Below, in pieces: positions 35,571-44,185 of a DNA stretch of 44,246 nt. The position numbers and the translations under genes are program-made. How positions within the stretch are numbered: the first letter of the stretch is position 1; each line of letters opens with the position of its first letter. The DNA comes from a virus (taxonomy: Duplodnaviria; Heunggongvirae; Uroviricota; Caudoviricetes). Location of the stretch: the IMG/VR virus record IMGVR_UViG_3300045988_013393, positions 1-44,246 of that record; one strand, given 5' to 3'. The notes below the pieces were generated by a model. That model did no database searches and was not told the DNA's origin. It saw nothing but the letters and a program-made list of their open reading frames with translations.

Positions 35571-37040
35571 TTAATCCTGCTGCTGCGCCGCCTGCGGAAT
35601 CTCTCCGGCTACCTGAGCAACAGCACCTAACGGCAGCGGCGCGTCCCCGATAGCATTCTTAATGTCCTCGTCTGTCCAGTCGGTTACACCCGCCTTGCGC
35701 AACGCAGCATAATAAGCAGTAGCGGGCAGCAAACCTGCGTTAATATCAGCCATCCACTGAGCGCGGTCCTGGGCGGTCATCGGTTGCAGGAAGAACTCCA
35801 TATTCAATTTAAACTCAACCTCTGTACCTTCACGCAACCCTAACATCGCAGCTACCCAGCGCAACGCATCTGTATACGCCATGCTTACATTACGTGCGAT
35901 TGTCGCCATAACTGACGTATCCGCACCGCGTTGCAGTCTGGCCGATTCAGCGGTGATTTGCTGCGTCGGGGTGATAAGCTGCGCACCAATCTGGATGGCC
36001 TGATTCTCTTTATCCAGCATGTTCTGTTTGGCGAGGTTGTTCTCCCCCGCCTGAACCAGAAACGCATTGCCGCCGTGGCCGATGTTATGGCCCGAACGCG
36101 ACCCCATACGCACGCCGTGGGGGTTGGCTTCTTTCCACTGTTCCATGCTCATATTCTCACCAGGGGCGATGAACAGAGTAGGCTGGCCAACAACGAAGCT
36201 GGACTCCTCATTGTCCGCGCTGTTGCGGAAATGCCCGATATTAAGCTCGGCCAACGGCAGCAAAGGGGCGTCGTCGATGGTCGCGTCATTGTTGCTTGCC
36301 CCAATAAAAGTGAACGGGATTTTGCCGCGTAACTGTTCGCCGAGTTCCGGGAATATTTCGATTACTTCATCCTGAGCGCCACCTTCGGCATCGAAGCGGT
36401 AAATGCGCTGGCGGTAGCGACCATCAATCAGGTCGAGAACGCGGTATTGTTCGCCGAACTTTGTTTCGAACTCTGCGCCCGGTTCTGAGTATTCCCATAC
36501 CTCACGCAGCACGACCATTGTCACACGGTTAACTGAACCGACGCGGGTCAGTCGCCAGTTGATGATGTTCTCCGCGGTATAGAATGCGATGACCGGGTTT
36601 AGTAACCCTGCGTTCTGCTCGGCTGCCGTCGCTGCGGCTGTCTCCGGGGCGTCAACCAGCAACCCGCCACGTCCTACTGAGTCAATTTCCATCAGCGTGT
36701 CCTGGGCATGCTGCCACAGCCCGACACCAGAACCGTCGGCATTGCGTAACAGGTACTCCAGTTCACGAGGAATAATCTGCTCAGGGTCTTTTCTCATAAC
36801 TGAGCCGACCATACCCGACAGGGTGCGCTTGGTGAAGTTGTAGCAGATAGCGCCGTTCTCGTATTCCTCCTGGCGTTGGGCGGCGTAAGTCGGGTCAGGC
36901 TCGTTCTTCCCGACGTTACGCAGGTAACGGATAAGGTCGCCTTCCAGCGCATGGCGCACCTTCTGCCATTTATCAAAGTGATGCAGCCATTCCCGGTGTT
37001 TTGTCTTAACACCTTGATTCTGACCGTTCATAGTTAACAT
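35571..37040 (-). CDS. Portal protein (489 aa)
   Basis: Follows terminase large subunit; size typical. Confidence 0.65.
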   Translation of the reverse strand: MLTMNGQNQGVKTKHREWLHHFDKWQKVRHALEGDLIRYLRNVGKNEPDPTYAAQRQEEYENGAICYNFTKRTLSGMVGSVMRKDPEQIIPRELEYLLRNADGSGVGLWQHAQDTLMEIDSVGRGGLLVDAPETAAATAAEQNAGLLNPVIAFYTAENIINWRLTRVGSVNRVTMVVLREVWEYSEPGAEFETKFGEQYRVLDLIDGRYRQRIYRFDAEGGAQDEVIEIFPELGEQLRGKIPFTFIGASNNDATIDDAPLLPLAELNIGHFRNSADNEESSFVVGQPTLFIAPGENMSMEQWKEANPHGVRMGSRSGHNIGHGGNAFLVQAGENNLAKQNMLDKENQAIQIGAQLITPTQQITAESARLQRGADTSVMATIARNVSMAYTDALRWVAAMLGLREGTEVEFKLNMEFFLQPMTAQDRAQWMADINAGLLPATAYYAALRKAGVTDWTDEDIKNAIGDAPLPLGAVAQVAGEIPQAAQQQD

Positions 37041-37052
37041 TGAATAATCCTC

Positions 37053-38303
37053 TTAAAGTGCGAAAGTCACCGGGATGTTGATTACTGGTTTAACCACCGG
37101 CATCTCGTAAACTACAGGATAGCCCAGGGCATCTGCCATATGGTCGATGATGCCGTCTTTGGATGGCTCCCCGTTATCGTCATATGCCTGCTGCTCCAGC
37201 GTCTTCGCTATCTCAGGGCATAAGTGGTCGTTAACCCACAGCTTACCTTTTTCCAGTGCGGTATTCACCGCTAAAACACGGTCTTTAACCGGCGGGTTGG
37301 CGGATTTAGCGCGAACATCGAACCCCGCCTGCTGTAGTAAGGCAATATCGGAGATTGACGCCGAGTTGGTTTTGCGGTTCTTGCCACTGGCGTCGGGGTA
37401 AACGACGATGCGGTGGCCTTGCGACTTCCACTTCTCGGTAATTACGCGCACGGTATCCGGCGTATCGAACAGGCCTTTCAGTTCTGCTACTGCATGCCAG
37501 CCGTCTTTACGTTGCACATACACGGCGCTGGCGTTCTTCGTAACGTTGAAGTCCTGCCCGATGTACAGCGTGTCGCCAGGTTGAATTGTCTCTTTGCTGC
37601 GGTGCTTACGGCGGTCGTATGCGTAATACACGCTGCCGGAGGTCAGGTTAACGAACTCACCGTTCAGATACGCGTTAATCAGTTGCGCGGGGTAAGTCTC
37701 TGTCAGCGAGCTGATGTAATCCGGCGGCAGGAACCGCGCATTCTCGTGTGTGGAGGCCTGCACCATAGAGTAACTTGGCGTAGGATTCTCTTTGAACTTG
37801 GAGTAGACGAACTTGAACCCTTCCGGCGTTGTGGTGACGGAGATGTGGTTAATTACACCCGGGATAACCAGACGCATACGGGCTACGATTTTGTTCCACG
37901 CCAGTTCAGCTTTCTCGCGACTCAGTACGTCCAACTCATCCACGACCGCCGCAGCGATTTTGAAACCAACTATCGAGCCGGGGTTATCCATCGAACGGCA
38001 GATAACCGTACCGAGCACCGTCTTACCGCGGGTAACAACGACTTCTTTGTCGCCAGATTTAACCAGCACATCGAGGCCGAGAAGGTTAGCCGCTTCCTCG
38101 AATGTCGGGTAGAAGATGTCGCGGATGGCAGGATACGTCGGACCGAAGTAGCCAAGGCGCGTACCGGGGTGCTTGAGCATGAACGTAAGCAGGTCCAGAC
38201 AGCCTACGAATGTCTTGCCGCTGCCGAAGCCCCCGACGTAGGCTTTGTATTTGTTATCGCAATTCAGGAACAGTGCCTGGGGCGCGGATAGCTGGATACT
38301 CAT
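37053..38303 (-). CDS. Terminase large subunit
   Basis: Walker A GGFGSGKT, Walker B VVDELD, C-terminal nuclease region; ATGA-coupled to the small subunit. Confidence 0.8.
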   Translation of the reverse strand: MSIQLSAPQALFLNCDNKYKAYVGGFGSGKTFVGCLDLLTFMLKHPGTRLGYFGPTYPAIRDIFYPTFEEAANLLGLDVLVKSGDKEVVVTRGKTVLGTVICRSMDNPGSIVGFKIAAAVVDELDVLSREKAELAWNKIVARMRLVIPGVINHISVTTTPEGFKFVYSKFKENPTPSYSMVQASTHENARFLPPDYISSLTETYPAQLINAYLNGEFVNLTSGSVYYAYDRRKHRSKETIQPGDTLYIGQDFNVTKNASAVYVQRKDGWHAVAELKGLFDTPDTVRVITEKWKSQGHRIVVYPDASGKNRKTNSASISDIALLQQAGFDVRAKSANPPVKDRVLAVNTALEKGKLWVNDHLCPEIAKTLEQQAYDDNGEPSKDGIIDHMADALGYPVVYEMPVVKPVINIPVTFAL

Positions 38304-38845
38304 TCCTCTACCTCGCCCATATTCGTTGTCACGATTTTACCTACAGGCTCCGCGACACTGAAAATAATCTCAGTCGGTGCTGTTTCTTCGGTGGACTCAA
38401 CAGGTTTCTCTTTGCTTAAGCCCAGCTTAGCCGCAGCAAACGTAGCGGAGATACCGGCGGCGCCTGTCTCAGTGAAATACGCCTCTTCCAGCGCCTGAGC
38501 GGTTTCATAGGCTTCTGCAAACGCCGGAATCTCACGCAACCACAGCTTAATAATAGGGATAGTTACGCCGATGTGTAAGGCGAAGCGGGCCAGTGACGGG
38601 GGTTTATCCTGAATCAGCGGGCGTTCGTCACCCTTGGACGTAGGTACGAGTTCCCATGAGTTGCGGTCAAAGAACCGGATTAACTCGTCGCAATAGTCCG
38701 GGTCCCACAATGCCGCAGAATTACGGGATGACTGGTAAAGGCTCTGTTTACCCCGCGGTCGTTTACGGCGACGGTTGGCACTAACAGCCTCTTCATGTGC
38801 AGCTTGCACCACCTCAGGTGATGGTTGCTTAAGTGTAAGTTTCAT
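38300..38845 (-). CDS. Terminase small subunit (start at ATG 38845; ORF track extends to 38884)
   Basis: Directly upstream of and coupled to the large subunit; HTH-like segment; GGGGG RBS before MKLTLKQ. Confidence 0.55.
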   Translation of the reverse strand: MKLTLKQPSPEVVQAAHEEAVSANRRRKRPRGKQSLYQSSRNSAALWDPDYCDELIRFFDRNSWELVPTSKGDERPLIQDKPPSLARFALHIGVTIPIIKLWLREIPAFAEAYETAQALEEAYFTETGAAGISATFAAAKLGLSKEKPVESTEETAPTEIIFSVAEPVGKIVTTNMGEVEE

Positions 38846-38972
38846 ATAACCCCCTGACATATGCGTCTGACCATCAGAGCGCATCAGACGCGCCCTACGC
38901 GTCTAAAGGGATTATATAAGGGGATTGGGCTGGATGTACAGAAAAGCCCTCCGTAGAGGGCTTGATGGTTGG

Positions 38973-39128
38973 TTACCCGGTGATATCTCTGCCGTCTACC
39001 AGTGCTAACGGGATTCTCACTTCACCGTTGAATGTTTCGGCGTACCAGAACTTCTCACACTGCGTTACACTGAAAACATCGAGTTCTGACGTAGCGCCGG
39101 TTTTCCAGTAGACAGTTAACTTTTTCAC
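38973..39128 (-). CDS. Small ORF (51 aa, GTG start)
   Basis: GTGA-coupled to the upstream gene; below ORF-track cutoff. Confidence 0.25.
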   Translation of the reverse strand: MKKLTVYWKTGATSELDVFSVTQCEKFWYAETFNGEVRIPLALVDGRDITG

Positions 39129-39361
39129 TCCTCACTCTCCTCTTTAGCAATGCGTTGCTCAGTTTTAGTGATACCGCGGCGAGTGAATAACACCGGGCTT
39201 GTCTTAACATGCGTCATAAGACGGTTGTTATAAATTACGTGACGCTCGCAGTTAACGTCTTTGCTGTACTTCGCAATCGTCATTTCGTTGATGCCAGTTT
39301 GTCGGCATGTCTCAGCCATCGTGCCATATTCTTTAATCAGGTTCGGAATGCTGGTAATCAT
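39125..39361 (-). CDS. Small HTH-containing protein (78 aa)
   Basis: GTMAETCRQTGINEMTIAKYSKD helix-turn-helix; ATGA-coupled; ORF track 39125..39385. Confidence 0.4.
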   Translation of the reverse strand: MITSIPNLIKEYGTMAETCRQTGINEMTIAKYSKDVNCERHVIYNNRLMTHVKTSPVLFTRRGITKTEQRIAKEESEE

Positions 39362-39528
39362 CCTAAGAAATTCCTCGTTGTCCACATCGCATTCGGATAT
39401 TTATTATCGCGGTCCTGCACTACGGTAATCATGTTACCGCGTTGCACGAGGCAAAAGTGCCGCTGTTGCTCGCCGTTATAGCGCCGCCATATTGCTTCTT
39501 CGATTGCTGCGTTGATGTCACTGAACAT
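39358..39528 (-). CDS. Small ORF (56 aa)
   Basis: ATG start, ATGA-coupled; below ORF-track cutoff. Confidence 0.25.
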   Translation of the reverse strand: MFSDINAAIEEAIWRRYNGEQQRHFCLVQRGNMITVVQDRDNKYPNAMWTTRNFLG

Positions 39529-39615
39529 TAATATCTACCCCGCAGAAATCCAACCAATAACCCAATGAAGTAACTAAGACCGACCAGACCAATAACCACC
39601 TCAAGACTCATACTC

Positions 39616-39804
39616 TCACCCCACTATCTCATCACCAAGCCACGCCGTTTCTCGTATATCGTCGACCACACAGGCGGCGTGCTCCCGGCTTATTGCAAAA
39701 ATGTAGAAGCTGAACTTCTTCCCGTCGGCGTCGATGTGGTTAACCGAGTAGGGTTTCCATAGGACGCCATCAATAACTACCGGTTCAGGCGCTTTCATAC
39801 CCAT
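39616..39804 (-). CDS. Hypothetical small protein (~62 aa)
   Basis: ORF track 39616..39807 (GTG); ATG at 39804. Confidence 0.35.
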   Translation of the reverse strand: MGMKAPEPVVIDGVLWKPYSVNHIDADGKKFSFYIFAISREHAACVVDDIRETAWLGDEIVG

Positions 39805-39982
39805 CACCAGAGACTTTGTTCAGGTTGAATCGGTTAATCAGTTCACGGCGTGTCTCATAGAGCGACTCAACCATTTGCTCAGCTACCGCGATTTTAGTAT
39901 TAAGGACGTGCATCACGTGACCGATGTCTACGCCGCCGTTAACAGCCTCTACCATCATCTTTTCGTATTCGCGGTCAGTCAT
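39785..39982 (-). CDS. Hypothetical small protein (65 aa)
   Basis: ATG start, ATGA-coupled. Confidence 0.4.
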   Translation of the reverse strand: MTDREYEKMMVEAVNGGVDIGHVMHVLNTKIAVAEQMVESLYETRRELINRFNLNKVSGDGYESA

Positions 39983-40137
39983 ACTTTACGCTCTCCCCAC
40001 ATGCGATTGAGATACCTGTTCTTGTCCGGCCCCTGGAAACTGTTACGTTTCATCAGTTCCTCGCGTGTCGGGAACGGTGTGTGACTGACTTTACGGCCTA
40101 CTCGTAATAGTTGGCTTACTTGACCTTGTTCGCTCAT
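39979..40137 (-). CDS. Small ORF (52 aa)
   Basis: ATG start; coupled to both neighbours. Confidence 0.3.
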   Translation of the reverse strand: MSEQGQVSQLLRVGRKVSHTPFPTREELMKRNSFQGPDKNRYLNRMWGERKV

Positions 40138-40301
40138 CACTTAACCTCAACATAATCGGTAGTAAGGAATACAATTTCGCCGTTAACAATCAAAAGCGGC
40201 GTATCTTCTAGGACACTTTTAACCTCTACAAAATACCCGCCGTAACTGTTATCTATAAACAGAACGTCTCCAGGTACTAAATCTGCGGCTAACTTGCTCA
40301 T
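40137..40301 (-). CDS. Small ORF (54 aa), resembles ORF 10839
   Basis: ATG start; DLVPGDVLF...VEVK resembles DIVPGDMIF...LYVKG of 10839-11033. Confidence 0.3.
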   Translation of the reverse strand: MSKLAADLVPGDVLFIDNSYGGYFVEVKSVLEDTPLLIVNGEIVFLTTDYVEVK

Positions 40302-40546
40302 TTCTTCTCTCCTGCATAAGCTGCTTTCAGTGTCTGCATCGCGGCGAACCAGAACGCGTCCGCTGGAATGCTGTTGCTCAGGTTACTAACGGCGATACGT
40401 GCCATCAGTTGCGCGTCTTTGAATGCCTCGGTATCCGTGATTTTCATTGGAAATTTACGCATAGCAACCGGGTCGTTATCCATAGTCCATGCGATGCATT
40501 TAGCTTCAAGTTCCTCGGTTATTTCTACCGTTGATACGTTACTCAT
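40298..40546 (-). CDS. Hypothetical protein (82 aa)
   Basis: ATG start; first gene after the long non-coding region. Confidence 0.4.
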   Translation of the reverse strand: MSNVSTVEITEELEAKCIAWTMDNDPVAMRKFPMKITDTEAFKDAQLMARIAVSNLSNSIPADAFWFAAMQTLKAAYAGEKK

Positions 40547-40628
40547 TTCTCTCTACTCCGTTCTCGTTGTCGATGGAGTAAATATAATAGGGTCGAAGGT
40601 AATAGTCAACTAGTCATTGCGGAAAATA

Positions 40629-40662
40629 GATAAAAAAAATCCCGGCTGGGTCAGGGCCGGGA
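40629..40662 (-). terminator. Intrinsic terminator on minus strand (ATCCCGGC-loop-GCCGGGAT + T8)
   Basis: 8-bp stem followed by eight T on minus strand (plus A-run 40631-40638). Confidence 0.6.
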
Positions 40663-40702
40663 TAAAACTGGAGAGTAGAGGGATGAAGCAGGAGGTGATT
40701 TA

Positions 40703-40731
40703 AGTATCGTCGGATTAGTCTTAGGTGTCAA
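40703..40731 (-). promoter_or_regulatory. Candidate promoter (TTGACA-N17-GATACT) for a short minus-strand transcript
   Basis: Consensus -35 on minus strand; would give a ~65-nt pyrimidine-rich RNA ending at terminator 40629-40662. Confidence 0.25.
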
Positions 40732-40857
40732 CAGAGATTCTCCGGCACGCGTTACCGCACTTTGGCCCGACCTTGTTACGGGTCCGCGGGGGTGATGGTA
40801 CCCGGGATGCCCTCAATGTTGTTTAATCTTCTGTTGCCGTTAGTCTATCAAACTACG

Positions 40858-40890
40858 GACAAAATAAAACCCGGATTCGCGGTCCGGGTT
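40858..40890 (-). terminator. Intrinsic terminator on minus strand (AACCCGGA-ttcgcgg-TCCGGGTT + TTTTATTTT)
   Basis: Perfect 8-bp stem with T-rich tail, downstream of endolysin. Confidence 0.55.
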
Positions 40891-41067
40891 TCGGGTGGTG
40901 CAAGCACAAACAGCGTAGGGCTATTATTCCCCGTAACCCGCTTGCTCGTCAATATCGTCACGGGATTTAACCGGGTTGGTGAACTCTTGCAGTGCCATAA
41001 CGGCCTCCATTAGCAAATACGAAAAACTTGGCCTAACCAGAATACTACACGTCCCAGTTCTCTTCCA

Positions 41068-41571
41068 TCATTTAACAGCCCTCCCAATAGCCTCCGCCTC
41101 CTGCCACGGTTTACCGTCGAACAGCGCCAGACGACCAGCTACGCGACGGCGTAGGCCGAGCACAGGCTCGAGTTTACCGGTTTTCGGGTTGCGTTGGTTA
41201 ATGAACTGACTCATCTTATGCCGTAAGGTTGTGATGTCCCCCTGCCGTAGCGCCTTACCAGTTCCAGTAGTAGCCGCAATCACGCCAGTCCCTGCGTTGA
41301 ACACCAGGTCGACAACGGCATCAAACTGAGCCTGGGTCAGTGAGGGGTGCGCGACTTCATCGACTGCTTTCACCGCCCACTGCATATCACGGTTCAGTAA
41401 CAGCAACCCCTGGCCTTCGGTAATCTTCTGGCCTTCGTACACATCCGGTCCGGTATGGCCCCAGCCTATAGTCCAGTATTTCTCGTTCTTTGTTGCTTTG
41501 TATGCAGTTCCGCGAAACTTCTCCCACGCCTTTTTGAACTGCAGCCCATTATCTGAAATATTTCGAGACAC
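41068..41571 (-). CDS. Endolysin, lysozyme-like (GTG start at 41571; ORF track extends to 41622)
   Basis: Lysozyme-like catalytic region (AWEKFRG...YWTIGWGHTG); GGAGGA RBS before the GTG. Confidence 0.65.
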   Translation of the reverse strand: MSRNISDNGLQFKKAWEKFRGTAYKATKNEKYWTIGWGHTGPDVYEGQKITEGQGLLLLNRDMQWAVKAVDEVAHPSLTQAQFDAVVDLVFNAGTGVIAATTGTGKALRQGDITTLRHKMSQFINQRNPKTGKLEPVLGLRRRVAGRLALFDGKPWQEAEAIGRAVK

Positions 41572-41821
41572 GCTTATATCCTCCGTACGACAACCACGCC
41601 TGACGAATCTGACGCAGCGCAACTAATGTGATTAACGTCTCAGGCAACGTTGGTGACACGCTGCCCTGTAACAGGTGGATACATCCGGCGGCGCAGACAA
41701 TCACAGTCAGGATATAGAGCACACGCCCGAATAACCCGTCGTCCACGTGCCCATTATACACACTGAACAGGGACGAAGCGCCCATTGCCAGCATTACGAC
41801 AAACCAGAATAGCTCAGTCAT
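41549..41821 (-). CDS. Holin/antiholin-like membrane protein (90 aa, two TM segments)
   Basis: MTELFWFVVMLAMGASS and ILTVIVCAAGCIHLL hydrophobic segments; immediately upstream of endolysin. Confidence 0.5.
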   Translation of the reverse strand: MTELFWFVVMLAMGASSLFSVYNGHVDDGLFGRVLYILTVIVCAAGCIHLLQGSVSPTLPETLITLVALRQIRQAWLSYGGYKRVSKYFR

Positions 41822-42122
41822 GAGGTCCTCCCGGGCGGGAAATATCGCCACCCGATACGATGCCAGAAAGGCGGGAATAGATAGGCATCCAGAGAATGGC
41901 AATGATGAATCCGAGGCCAGCTATCTCGCGCTCACCGGTAATACCGAACCATTGAGCGGCAAGAGGTGCACCGAAAATGGCACACGCGAAGCCGGTGAGA
42001 AGAAATACCAGTCCGTCGACTGGACCGGATATAGACTTTTTATGTTGTCTTAGTCCGACCAATCCACCGACCAGTGCGGCGGTGAGAAGCCACCCCGTCA
42101 CTGTTTCAGTAAATTTATCCAA
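41814..42122 (-). CDS. Holin (102 aa, TTG start with GGAGGA RBS)
   Basis: Multiple TM segments, charged C-terminus; first gene of lysis cassette. Confidence 0.5.
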   Translation of the reverse strand: MDKFTETVTGWLLTAALVGGLVGLRQHKKSISGPVDGLVFLLTGFACAIFGAPLAAQWFGITGEREIAGLGFIIAILWMPIYSRLSGIVSGGDISRPGGPHD

Positions 42123-42197
42123 GATGAATCCTCCAGGTGCGTATTAAGTATGCAGTAACTGGAGGATAGCACGGTTAGGAATTATCTTAATAACGGT

Positions 42198-42491
42198 TTA
42201 TTTATGTCTCCAGATGTATGGCCGTCTCTGCGGTTTCGTCGGAATATCATCATATCCCAGCGATTTCCAGTAATTAAATAACCGATTAGCGATAGCCGCG
42301 CGTTCCTTTGTTTTAAACTCACCGAGATTCACGGCCTTCCCGTTCTGGAATCCACAGGCTCGGATAGCTTTACGTCTGGCCTGAATCTCTGGGTACGGCA
42401 CGTTACGGCGGCGCTTGTATATCTGAGTGTTTGCTCTCGGCGACAGCGGCGCAAGGCCGCTGCGTTTCAGGATGTCAGTTGCAAGGCTCAT
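42198..42491 (-). CDS. Hypothetical basic protein (97 aa)
   Basis: ATG 42491, ATGA-coupled; ORF track 42198..42536. Confidence 0.4.
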   Translation of the reverse strand: MSLATDILKRSGLAPLSPRANTQIYKRRRNVPYPEIQARRKAIRACGFQNGKAVNLGEFKTKERAAIANRLFNYWKSLGYDDIPTKPQRRPYIWRHK

Positions 42492-42682
42492 ATTCTGAGA
42501 ATCTCGCGGGCCATTTCTTCTGTAACTTTCGAACAAGGTTCGTACATTACCTGTTCAGCGAATTCACGTAACTTTGCTTCAAGTTTCAGATAAGCATCAT
42601 ACTCTACATAATCGCCGTATGCATACTCAGCCATCTCGGGCTCTGGCAGACCCCACGCTTTTACCTCATATCTCTGCGCCAT
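42488..42682 (-). CDS. Hypothetical small protein (64 aa), paralog of 42682-42864
   Basis: YDAYLKLEAKLREFAEQ parallels YEDYAKLEAELQKYKDQ in the adjacent gene. Confidence 0.4.
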   Translation of the reverse strand: MAQRYEVKAWGLPEPEMAEYAYGDYVEYDAYLKLEAKLREFAEQVMYEPCSKVTEEMAREILRI

Positions 42683-42864
42683 CAATCCACCCCTTCCACA
42701 CGTGTAACTGACCCGCAGTTCGCGCACTCGACGTAATCAGGGAACTGGTCTTTGTATTTCTGTAACTCGGCTTCGAGTTTCGCGTAGTCTTCATAACTTA
42801 CGTACTCCCCGTTTACTTTGCTATCGAAGTGGCCATCTTCATAAAAGCCTTTGCGAACAGCCAT
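42682..42864 (-). CDS. Hypothetical small protein (60 aa) with C-terminal CxxC
   Basis: ATG start; tandem paralog of the downstream gene. Confidence 0.4.
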   Translation of the reverse strand: MAVRKGFYEDGHFDSKVNGEYVSYEDYAKLEAELQKYKDQFPDYVECANCGSVTRVEGVD

Positions 42865-42866
42865 AA

Positions 42867-43070
42867 TTATCTCTCCTGTTTACCAAGTCGCTTAGGTGAG
42901 CAGATAGCGCGTACCTCTGAATCGTTGGGCTTGTCGCCCTGAAACAGAAAGTGCGCGTTCTCTGCGGCGCGTGCCGCTGACTGGCACGCCTCCATCGAGT
43001 AAAACGTTTCTGATGCCGCCAGTTGCATCTGGCCTGCGGTAAGTGTCCAGATAAATAAGATGCTGGTCAC
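42867..43070 (-). CDS. Hypothetical small protein (67 aa, GTG start)
   Basis: ORF coupled to the upstream gene; hydrophobic N-terminus. Confidence 0.35.
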   Translation of the reverse strand: MTSILFIWTLTAGQMQLAASETFYSMEACQSAARAAENAHFLFQGDKPNDSEVRAICSPKRLGKQER

Positions 43071-43546
43071 TACTTACGCGCCCCACAATTAAAGCAAACG
43101 AATCCACTTTTGCGTTTACTATATAACCAATTGTGCTCGCATTCCTGTGTGTCAATCTTGTATTCCACTATGTCTGCGTATGTTCCATCCCAAATCCACG
43201 ACCGCTTTTCTGCTGCTACACTGTGTTTCGGCTCCTCCCCGTTGCGATACCGGATAAATACCATAGTCCCATCCGGCACAGGTTGTCGTGCGCCATAATG
43301 CGGCCTCCAGGCGTTGTACTGAGTATCTTCCTTACGGCAACCAGATTGCTCTGCTGCTATATAAGCGCCTACGTCACCCGTAGCTGTAGCCAACGCCTTA
43401 TGCAACTCCTTAATATGTTCTGACGCATCACGTAACTGATTCTTAAGTGACTGCACCTCATGCGCCAGGCCTTCGCACTGGTTGTTATTTACCTGCTGCC
43501 GTAACTGGTCAATCAGGTACTCGAATACTTCGTTTTTATTGTTCAT
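43070..43546 (-). CDS. Hypothetical protein (158 aa), N-terminal coiled coil, C-terminal Cys cluster
   Basis: ATG start; C-terminal CEHNW...CFNCG zinc-ribbon-like. Confidence 0.45.
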   Translation of the reverse strand: MNNKNEVFEYLIDQLRQQVNNNQCEGLAHEVQSLKNQLRDASEHIKELHKALATATGDVGAYIAAEQSGCRKEDTQYNAWRPHYGARQPVPDGTMVFIRYRNGEEPKHSVAAEKRSWIWDGTYADIVEYKIDTQECEHNWLYSKRKSGFVCFNCGARK

Positions 43547-43703
43547 TTTTCTGTTGCTCCCGGTCTCTTTTTAACATTTCGTTGGCTTCCGCCGGTGCCT
43601 CTTTCCAGGTATCGAACTGGCGCCCGTTGCACACCCACGGAGCACCATTATAATTTCCTCTACGTCTTAAGTACCCGTACGATACTGCTTCTTTAAACGT
43701 CAT
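43536..43703 (-). CDS. Small ORF (55 aa)
   Basis: ATG start, overlaps downstream gene by 11 nt; below ORF-track cutoff. Confidence 0.3.
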   Translation of the reverse strand: MTFKEAVSYGYLRRRGNYNGAPWVCNGRQFDTWKEAPAEANEMLKRDREQQKNEQ

Positions 43704-43833
43704 ATTCTTCACCCCTTTTCTCGTCCACCCTGACTAGAAGCGATTTAGTGTCGCCGTCGCACACCGAAGTGCTGCCCATCATTTCGTAAGCATCTACCAG
43801 TTCGCCTAAAGTCCAGCTACCGTACCAACCCAT
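43693..43833 (-). CDS. Small ORF (46 aa), first gene after class B promoter
   Basis: ATG with GAGGAGA RBS. Confidence 0.35.
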   Translation of the reverse strand: MGWYGSWTLGELVDAYEMMGSTSVCDGDTKSLLVRVDEKRGEEYDV

Positions 43834-43864
43834 ATCCTGTCTCTCCTCTCGTTTGTGTAAATGA

Positions 43865-43893
43865 ATAGTAGCCTATTCTATCTTAGTGTGCAA
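43865..43893 (-). promoter_or_regulatory. Class B promoter (TTGCAC-N17-TACTAT) with perfect GAATAG-gcta-CTATTC palindrome
   Basis: Aligns with the element at 1273-1301 including the downstream leader; drives the minus-strand small-gene array towards the lysis cassette. Confidence 0.5.
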
Positions 43894-43900
43894 GTAAATT

Positions 43901-44071
43901 TTATTGGTGTTTTAAAGATAATCGTTCACTGCGAATCCAGTAGTACCTCGGGCGTCGTACCCACTGACGCCATCGCATAACACGGTACTTGTTGCCGTCT
44001 GACGCAACAATAAGCCCGAATCGCTTTTCTCCGTTTCTACCGGTCCAGGTTACGATGTCATTCAGTTTCAT
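43901..44071 (-). CDS. Small basic ORF (56 aa)
   Basis: ATG 44071 with CAGGAGA RBS; Arg/Trp-rich C-terminal half. Confidence 0.3.
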   Translation of the reverse strand: MKLNDIVTWTGRNGEKRFGLIVASDGNKYRVMRWRQWVRRPRYYWIRSERLSLKHQ

Positions 44072-44124
44072 TGTTGCATCTCCTGCAATAGTCGCTTCGA
44101 TTGTTGCGTTTGGTGAAATAGAAC

Positions 44125-44163
44125 AAAAATGAGAAAAATGATACGCTGCTGTGTAGCAGCGTA
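44125..44163 (-). terminator. Intrinsic terminator on minus strand (TACGCTGCT-acac-AGCAGCGTA + T-rich tail)
   Basis: Perfect 9-bp stem followed on minus strand by TCATTTTTCTCATTTTT; lies just after the stop of the repeat ORF. Confidence 0.55.
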
Positions 44164-44185
44164 AGTCACTCAGTAAAATCCCAAA

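Noticed and set aside
37413-38291. 292-aa plus-strand ORF antisense to the terminase large subunit
   Set aside because: Fully overlaps the Walker A/B-containing terminase gene on the opposite strand; Arg/Val-rich shadow-frame composition.
40762-41013. 83-aa plus-strand ORF in the non-coding region after the endolysin
   Set aside because: Runs through a terminator hairpin, has no RBS and a low-complexity translation; region is more likely non-coding.
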